Program-made: the position numbers and the translations under genes
In this document: positions 24,906-32,228 of the stretch, in pieces
Position numbering within the stretch: the first letter of the stretch is position 1
How the letters are laid out: each line of letters starts with the position of its first letter
NCBI GenBank assembly: GCA_037834085.1
Contig: JBBMKC010240415.1
Coordinates: 1-32,228, forward strand
Direction: 5' to 3'
Length of the DNA stretch: 32,228 bases
Source of the DNA: Bipalium vagum
Taxonomy: Eukaryota
The notes under the pieces: model-generated
The model's database searches: none
Seen by the model: the letters and a program-made list of their open reading frames with translations, nothing else
Told to the model about the DNA's origin: nothing

Positions 24906-26207
24906 AATGATGCTCAACCGTAAAACGGGAAATTTCAAAAAAATTAATTATTGTCATTATACATTCAATTTCATTACTTATCATTTCATAATTATTGATT
25001 TTTTTTAGATTGATAATTTGATGCGAGAAGGAAAATAATTATCAGATTTTGAGAGACAAGTAATAATTCGATTTAAGACGGAAAATCTTACATGGGGATT
25101 AATAAAAGGTCCAAAGGTTTTACCTGCTTTTTTGGAAAGGTTACCAAACACCAACTTGATAATGCCGTTGCATGTTTTAAAGCAAATACGTTATAAATTA
25201 CCCGGAAAAAAGAATAGGATCCCATAACCGAATTTCTGATGAGAAACGTGAAAATGTGAAGGCTTTATCTTTATCACCAGTTAGTGTAGGAGATAGTGAA
25301 AGGAAGCACTTGAACCAGCTAGTAAATATATTTAAAAAACCGTTTTTAATATCATGAAACAATATAAATTGAAGTGCTATAGAAGAGTAAAGTGCAATTT
25401 CCTCACTCCGCAGCATAAAATAATGCGTATGAATAAGTCCCGGGCACTGGCTAATCGTTTTGGACAAATGCTTGGAAGAAAGTGTGGTTCTCGGACGAAG
25501 CAAAGTTTTCATTGCAGCCTCCTTTAAATCTACAAAATGAGGCAATTTACCGTGAGGTTACCGTGAAAACTGATATACTCAATGAAGACCTACTGGTTGA
25601 ATATGAAAAATTGCAACCCTCTGTGTTTTGTTATGGTGCCGTGTCCTTCTATGGAAAAACAGAACTTAGATTTATTGAAGGCTTTGCTTCAGAACAAGAA
25701 CATCTCCCTTGTTACAGAAGGAAAAGGAAAATGTAAATCATAATATCTATTGTGACGAAATGTGTCCTCAAATGTTCAGAGATATAGAGAATGTTATGGA
25801 AGGGGAAGAATGGACATGGCAACAAGATGAGGCAGAAGCTCACACTACCAGGGCTACTGTTTACTTTCTAAGAAAATTTACTCCATATTTCATCGAACCT
25901 GAACATTGGCCTTCAAAAAGTCCAGAACTGAATGTGATGGACTATTGCATTTGGAGTTTGTTACTGGCAGAGACCCAGAAAAATCGTTCTCATATAAATG
26001 CAATTGATGAACCGAATCTCACCTTGCTAGATGCTTGGAACAACATCTCGCCAGCCGTACTTCGAACGGCGACGGGAGCTTGGATCCAACGGTTGCGACG
26101 ATGTCATGCTGCGCAAGGAAGTCATTTCGAACATTTATGAAATTCAAGTATATTTGTTGTAAATATAAATTTTTTTGAAATTTCCCGGTTTTCGGATGAC
26201 CACTCTG
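24906..26207 (+). mobile_element. Near full-length (about 1.3 kb) maT-family DD37D element
   Basis: Right end reverse complement TA|CAGAGTGGTCATCCGAAAACCGGGAAATTTCAAAAAAATT matches left ATGCTCAACCGTAAAACGGGAAATTTCAAAAAAATT (24910-24945; outermost bases decayed). Encloses a transposase pseudogene. Confidence 0.92.
25021..26140 (+). pseudogene. maT (DD37D) transposase pseudogene
   Basis: MREGK*LSDFERQVIIRF at the N-terminus; WFSDEAKF (D1); WQQDEAEAH (D2); WPSKSPELNVMDYCIW (D3), 37 residues counted between D2 and D3; RLRRCHAAQGSHFEHL* C-terminus. Early stop, N-terminal frameshifts and a frameshift near 25730 between ORFs 25482-25736 and 25709-26140. Confidence 0.93.
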
Positions 26208-26339
26208 TACTATAAATAAAGTTCTAAAGGTCATCAATATATATAACATAAATCGACAATAATATACAAATTATATTAAATTAAAGAAAGTCTAAAAGAT
26301 TATTAGTCAACGTGCTTTTATTTAACTCTCAATCAAAAA

Positions 26340-26655
26340 ATATATAATAAAGCATTCTGTCACTATTACGTTTTTTGGAGCCTTCACTTCAAATGGACAC
26401 CAGATTACGATTTATGAAATCTAACGAAAAGTGAAACAATGGTATTTAAAGAAATTAAATGTTCAAATATCATCGTTAAATTGTTCTATTGAAAAGACTC
26501 ATGAAGAAGTCATTCATACATAATTTAGACAATAGAAGCTAGATATTTTGGAAACTTCATGTAATCAAATCTTTAAAAAATCTTATCTAACCAGTTTCAT
26601 TTCAGTAAGACTTGCGGAAATTATCAAAGCAATAGGAGGTTGGAATTATTAAAAA
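26340..26655 (+). mobile_element. Tc1-like transposase remnant, heavily deleted
   Basis: ITFFGAFTSNG (cf. VMVWGAF...G) and C-terminal RLAEIIKAIGGWNY* (cf. RLxAVIxAxGGxTxY). Confidence 0.55.
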
Positions 26656-27289
26656 CTATAGTAGCATTTGATCATTTTTATTCTATGGTAATTGAATCTT
26701 CATCTAAAAATGGAATTAGTTAACCCTAATACATATTTTTATCTTCATAATTTTTTGTTCATAGGTAACTAATTAAGGTACCATATTTTCAATAATTCAA
26801 ATATTACTCAATTTATATAGCAGCACGTTTTATAAAAAGCATGAAATAAAAACAACAAATTAAAAATTATTAGATAAATAAATGAAATTAATATTATTGA
26901 TTAATCAATTGGTTATGGTGTGCAAATATAAAATGAAAACGAACAATAATAATTATTATTTTGGACGTAATTTTAGCTATCCAGTCGTAATAATTGTCAC
27001 AGTACTCTCCTTTATAAAAATCACTTCATACCTATTATTTTAAGTCAATTAGGACAGAGTATAATTAATAGAAAACCAAATCGTTTAATTAATAATTTTT
27101 ATTTCCTTTGAGAAGTATAATTGATTCTTTATATTATTATTGTTATGAAAGTTTATTTTTTATATATATGGTTCGTTATAAGTAACTATCAGATTTTAAA
27201 ACAACTCAAGACATTTAGTTTTAAATATTTTGCAACCAATTATATTTTATATTAAAATAAGATAAGCGTTTAAATGTTTTAATAAGTTA

Positions 27290-27726
27290 ACATAACCACA
27301 TTTCAATTGAAGAACGAGTTCAAATCTTTTTGCTTTTAGCTCAATTGAATTCAGCACCATCAATAAGATGATATTTAAGAAAGTTGAAATGGAGAACTTT
27401 GTCGAAGAACAAGATCAAAATCATGAAATACATGCTCATTATTCGCTTGAAGTTAGAAATCTTTTTAACAGTACATTTTGTGAAAGATGGTTTGGGAGAG
27501 TATCATCATTCCATCGGACTATGAAATCATCAGATTTTTTCCTTTTTTTGGATATCTAAAGTCATATTTTTATACTAGAAAATCAAAATTTTAACATAAC
27601 TGTCAAATATGATCTAAGTAGAAGCAGCTAAAATATCACAAGAAATAATTATAAAATCCTTTGTCTTCTTTTTATCGTCTAATACAACATTGTATTAGTG
27701 TTAGTGGTTTTTCTGCTAAACAATAA
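27290..27726 (+). mobile_element. rosa-type (DD41D) transposase remnant
   Basis: SIEERVQIF N-terminal motif; AHYSLEVRNLFNSTFCERWFGR...KSSDFFLF/GYLKS (cf. PAH...VR..LN..F..RWIGR...RSPD...DFFLWGYLKS); C-terminal QHCISVSG. Confidence 0.7.
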
Positions 27727-28007
27727 TTTTTAATAAATGTATTTCATTGTGTCAAAATTTTACAAAGTTTTCTTAAGTGTAGTTAACAATATTAGATTAT
27801 AAGATCTTACTTTTACTTACTTCTTTAATCTACCTTAAATAGGTTAAAATTGATATAAATGTTCGCAGGAACTGGAATTATGAAGGTAAGCAAGATATGA
27901 TCACTTTGAAAAAATCTAAGAAGAGTGTCGTCCTGTTCTTCTTGATCATTTTTTACATGTATTTTAATTATTATTATAATAATGCAAATATAAACTATTT
28001 ATCCATA

Positions 28008-28630
28008 CAGGGTGTGTATAAAGTCAATATCCAATTTTAAAATGAATAACTGAAAAATTTGACAATAACATTTGTTAATGGAAATTTAATATTGTCCCAC
28101 AGAATGATCATTAACTTAAATACACTTATGTAAGCCTTTAAAAAAATTGGTGATATTCTAGCTGTCTCAATTTGAATAATATCTATCAGGTATTGGATTT
28201 TTTTATAGTTTCTTCTACCTACCTCTATATTCAGATGTTCCAGAGGAAGAAATCAAATGGTGTTAGAACCAGTGATCTGGCAGCCTAATGGAAAGGTTTA
28301 GCTCTGACAATCCAGAAAAACTTCTGTTCAAAAAATTTCTTACGTGATTAATGAGTAAGTTTTCCATCTCATTGATAAATTATTTTAGATTAATTTCAGT
28401 GGTAAGGTTGTGGCATGGAACCAAATTTGAGCATGTTAAATACTTTTCTCCATTCAAATTCTCATGAAACGAAAAAGGACCATAAACAGGGAACAAGACC
28501 ATTCCAAACATTAACTTTTTCACTTGAATGGAACTGTGGTAAATATTTCTTTGGGAGGTTCAATAAAAGGTTTTCTCACTTTATTCTAATTTCTTCTTCA
28601 ATGCAGATCAAAATGGTCACGTTTTATAAA
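28008..28630 (-). mobile_element. rosa-type (DD41D) element, 3' TIR plus decayed catalytic region
   Basis: TA|CAGGGTGTGTATAAAGTC terminus at 28006-28025. Minus strand: SEKVNVWNG; YGPFSFHENLNGEKYL; FWIVRAKPFH*AARSLVLTPFDFFLWN (cf. WIGR.GP..WPARSPDLTPxDFFLWG). Confidence 0.8.
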
Positions 28631-29098
28631 TAAAATTTATTTCATTATATAATCTTTACCAAGTGGAAAAACTGTATTAAAACTTAAATACGAAATTTTA
28701 TGCAAATTACGAAATTAGATCAAAATTTTTATATTATTTTCCAGAATTGAATAATTTATTCTTTTTTCGAAAATAAACTTCTAAATTATTGAGCTAAATT
28801 TTAATTAAATTAATGAATACAATTAATGAATACAATTAAAATTCAATTTTCTTATTGTTCAAAATTATAAATTAAATTATGTCATTATGACATTTAATCA
28901 TAATAATAATGGAGTTTAGAATTCAAGGATAAGGTTATTAGAATCACAATTATTAAGAAGAATCAAAAGATCCACAATAAATAAATATTTAATGATTTAA
29001 AATTGATTTATTAATAAAGTGATAAATAAAGTTTTACATTATAATTTAAAATTGATTTAATGAATATAATTGAAAAATAATATTTTTGTTAATTAAAT

Positions 29099-29474
29099 AA
29101 AATTTTTATATCAAGTTTTGTGTTGTAAATATAAGATTAATAATAAATTATTTAAAGAATTATAAAAATTAATAAAAAAATGAAAAGTAAATTAATTAAT
29201 TAATTTATTTATAATAATTTATAATTTATTATTTATAATTTATTAATTAATATATAATTTATTAATTAATATATAATTTATTTATAATTTATTAATTTAT
29301 ATATAATTAATTTATAATTTATTAATTCATATATAATTAAATTAAAATTAATTTATTTAATTTATTATTAATTACATGAAAATTTTATATCAAATTATTT
29401 GTTGTGAATATAAGAATAATAATAAATTATTTGAAGAATTATAAAAATTAATAAAAAAATGAAAAGTAAATTAA
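29099..29474. repeat. Pair of about 97-bp direct repeats flanking an almost A/T-only minisatellite-like tract
   Basis: 29099-29195 and 29379-29474 end in an identical AAGAATTATAAAAATTAATAAAAAAATGAAAAGTAAATTAA; the spacer is built of TATAATTTATT(A/T)-type units. Confidence 0.85.
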
Positions 29475-30270
29475 AAATATTTTTCTTTTATGGTCTATTT
29501 TTTCTAATAAATTTAATTTAATTCTTATAAAACCAAACTGACGTTTATAATTAGAAAGACCATCATAATTTTTGCATAATTTTTGCCTTAATAATAATTT
29601 GCATAGAATATTATTAATTAAATAATATAATTAACTTTATCCTTTCATGGAACATTTGATTCTCTCTCATGGAAACATTTATATCATTTGTAACCATTTT
29701 ATCTACATAATACTGAGTCGTTAATTGTATTTAAAAGCTCAAAATCTTTTCATTCTTTTATTGTTTTTTGTTCTTCGTTGACAGTGGTCCGTTAAAATGA
29801 AAGTTTTCTGCAATTCTATGTTAATTTATTTAAGAATACATTTTCACATTTTAATGCTTAAGCCGGGTATAATGTCGCAAAATTAAATTATTAATATTTG
29901 TAGCTATATAAGTTAAACGAGAACAACAAAATATATTTAAGATCTACAAATATAGAGTTATTATTTAACAAAAGCATCTATATCATTATTCAAAGTTTAA
30001 TAGAGCTTTCTCTTTATTTGAATTAATTACATTGATATTCAATCAATTGATATAATTGATTTAATATATTTGAATTAATTTAAAAAGTTATCTACCAATT
30101 CAAGTTATTATCAAAGATTATACTGTTTAAACTTTGCGATATTAAACCTGATCCATGATTTATTCAGATTAACCTGGCCTTACATTTTTGAAATAGAGTA
30201 TTCCTGTGTTATAAAACTTTTCTTTCTTTTGAATAAAATAAGCAACAATTTCTTTAAAAAGTAAATACAT

Positions 30271-30785
30271 AGGGGGGCACAAAAAATTTCCGTTTTAAAA
30301 AGAAAAAATGAAGATAAAGAAAAAAAGATAAACTTACATATATTTAAACATAAATATAGTTTACATTGGATTGGATAACATGTTCACAATGTTTTACCAA
30401 CTTTTTACATTCTTTTGCATTTTTTTGAGGGTCAGAGTTTTGACAAATTGGTTGATATTTTTCTTAAACTTGCAGGAAGTTTTCAAATTTAATGTTTTGG
30501 CGATAAATTTAGAAAATTCTTAATATTTAGAGATCTAACAAATTGAGATCAAGTGAGTAAGCAGGCTGCTTTAATAATCTGATTCCGGCATTGTGGAAGA
30601 AGTTAGAAGTTTGGAGGAATATATTGGGAAGTGAATTATCGTGCATCCACCATATTTTTTTTGGGCTGTCATTAAAAAAATGAAATAAGCAATAATGAAA
30701 ACAAAAGAATGAAAAAAGATTTTTTCATTTTGTTTTATTTATATTTATTTTTGTTTTTAAAACGGAAATTTGTTTTGAGTCCCCT
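30271..30785 (-). mobile_element. Non-autonomous internally deleted mariner (DD34D), about 515 bp, with TIRs
   Basis: Left TAGGGGGGCACAAAAAATTTCCGTTTTAAAAAGAAAAA versus right reverse complement TAGGGGACTCAAAACAAATTTCCGTTTTAAAAACAAAAA. Minus strand WWMHDNSLPN...LLKQPAYSLDLNLLD (34 residues D2-D3) and C-terminal KLVKHCEHVIQSNVNYI. Confidence 0.88.
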
Positions 30786-31028
30786 ATACATACAAATACG
30801 ATTTACAAACCAAGCGTCAAAGTAAAGAATGGAAGTCAGTAGATGAAACAAAACCCCAAAAAATAGTTTGTTCCAGTTAGGCCGGAATATCAAGAAGAAA
30901 AGCACTTGTTTTTCTTGCAAGATAATACCTCGCGCTATAAAATTATAAAAGTTTTTGAAATTTTGAATTTATATGTTAGCGTTAAATTGATTCCTAAAGC
31001 ACCTTTGTAGTAAGCATCTGTCTAGATT

Positions 31029-31620
31029 TTATTCAATAAAATAGTTTCCATCATTATTAATGATCTTCTCCGTCTTTATGGTTAAATACTCAATATTATC
31101 TTCGAAAAAGTTTTCATATTTTCTATTCAAAGAAATCGTTCAATGCTTTACACTTATCTTTAAATTTATCCACTTTTAGAAAGTGCTCCGACTAAAAAAA
31201 CGGAAGTCTGATGGAGTAATGTTAGAACTGTGTGGCAAAATTGAAAGGAGTTCCCAGCCCATAATTTGCTCATAGGTGATTAATATACATGCCATCTGAT
31301 ATTGTCTCCATAGATTATGATTCCTTTTTATTTAGAAACTCTATCCATGTCCTAATCAATGCCAGTCTCAAATGATCGAATTCGTGACAATATATGTCGG
31401 CAGTAACTGTTTGATTTATATTTAAATATTCATAGTTAACACTAACAATATTTTCTTCATTTGTAAATCTGATTTAGGTATAGTTAACAGAACTTGACCT
31501 TTGCTTATCAATTGACTTCTGTTGATCAGATTGATATAGTTAATCCATTTCTCTCCTCAGACACCACACGAACCGACGCACTTGATCTTCCAAATTAACT
31601 CAGAGCATCATATTTCTAAT
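31029..31620 (-). mobile_element. Decayed mariner transposase, catalytic domain to C-terminus
   Basis: EKWINYIN...PKSDLQMKKILL; YEYLNINQTVTADIYCHEFDHL; IIIYGDNIRWH; GWELLSILPHSSNITPSDFRF; EKIINNDGNYFIE*. Confidence 0.85.
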
Positions 31621-32148
31621 GTCAGAGTCACGTGAAAACATGCTATTGAAATTCATCTGTTAAATGAAATAGCATTTTTAATGATTTTTAAAACAAAGAC
31701 CATACCTAGATTTATTGATTAATTTATCAAATTATTACTTAGCTTATTAATAATTAAGTTGCTTTATTAACTAAAGGCCACATTTCCATCAAACTAATAC
31801 ATAGAAAGAAGACGTTGATCTTTTTTTTTAAGTCTAAAGTATTATAATGTTCTGCACAACTTTTCTTTGGACGCTCCAATTATATAGTTGTTATTATACT
31901 TTTATATTACTTTTATAGTTGTTATTATTATTATGGACTTTATACAGGTGTTTAGAATGTTGTTTCCATACTTTTAATTAATAAGTTTATTGAATTATTT
32001 ATCTTATCATTTATGCACTAAAGCAATACTAAGGATAATCAAATTTATTACCTTTTTAATGAGAAACACCATTATTTTTAGATGTTGGAAAAATAAGTAC
32101 TTATTCATGAGAATTTTCTTTAAATACTTATACATACAATAATCCATT

Positions 32149-32173
32149 ATTTTATTATTATCATTATTATTAC

Positions 32174-32228
<55 letters not shown>
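32149..32228. repeat. (ATT)n microsatellite running off the window end
   Basis: More than 20 ATT units with a few interruptions. Confidence 0.97.

Noticed and set aside
23906-26249. ORFs 23906-24142(+), 24433-24681(+), 25198-25545(-), 26019-26249(-)
   Set aside because: Antisense shadows of the mariner and maT transposase pseudogenes; no independent coding evidence.
31943-31975. TACAGGTGTTTAGAATG... TIR-like start
   Set aside because: No partner TIR or coding remnant within the window.
1-32228. CRISPR array, tRNA/rRNA, spliced-leader gene, telomere repeat or a novel multi-gene system
   Set aside because: No regularly spaced repeat-spacer array, cloverleaf, rRNA-like tract or intact gene cluster was visible; the terminal (ATT)n is an ordinary microsatellite also present internally.

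Overview
Very AT-rich (roughly a quarter G+C by eye), gene-poor eukaryotic DNA containing one 227-N assembly gap. I found no intact host gene, RNA gene, CRISPR array or prokaryotic operon. The window is a graveyard of decayed Tc1/mariner-superfamily DNA transposons from at least five lineages: pogo/Tigger, DD34D mariner (several copies, one full-length with TIRs and TA target duplication), DD34E Tc1, DD37D maT (one near full-length) and DD41D rosa-type. It also holds a young 234-bp Tc1-type MITE, a probable 3' remnant of an R2-like (restriction-like endonuclease) non-LTR retrotransposon, AT microsatellites and a few orphan decayed reading frames. Most ORFs in the supplied track are transposase fragments, their antisense shadows, or gap artefacts. 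I could not support a novel multi-gene system. The best leads are an in-frame chimeric mariner, maT-type lineages with atypical motifs, and an orphan frame interrupted only by TGA codons. All family calls come from manual translation and motif recognition, not database searches.
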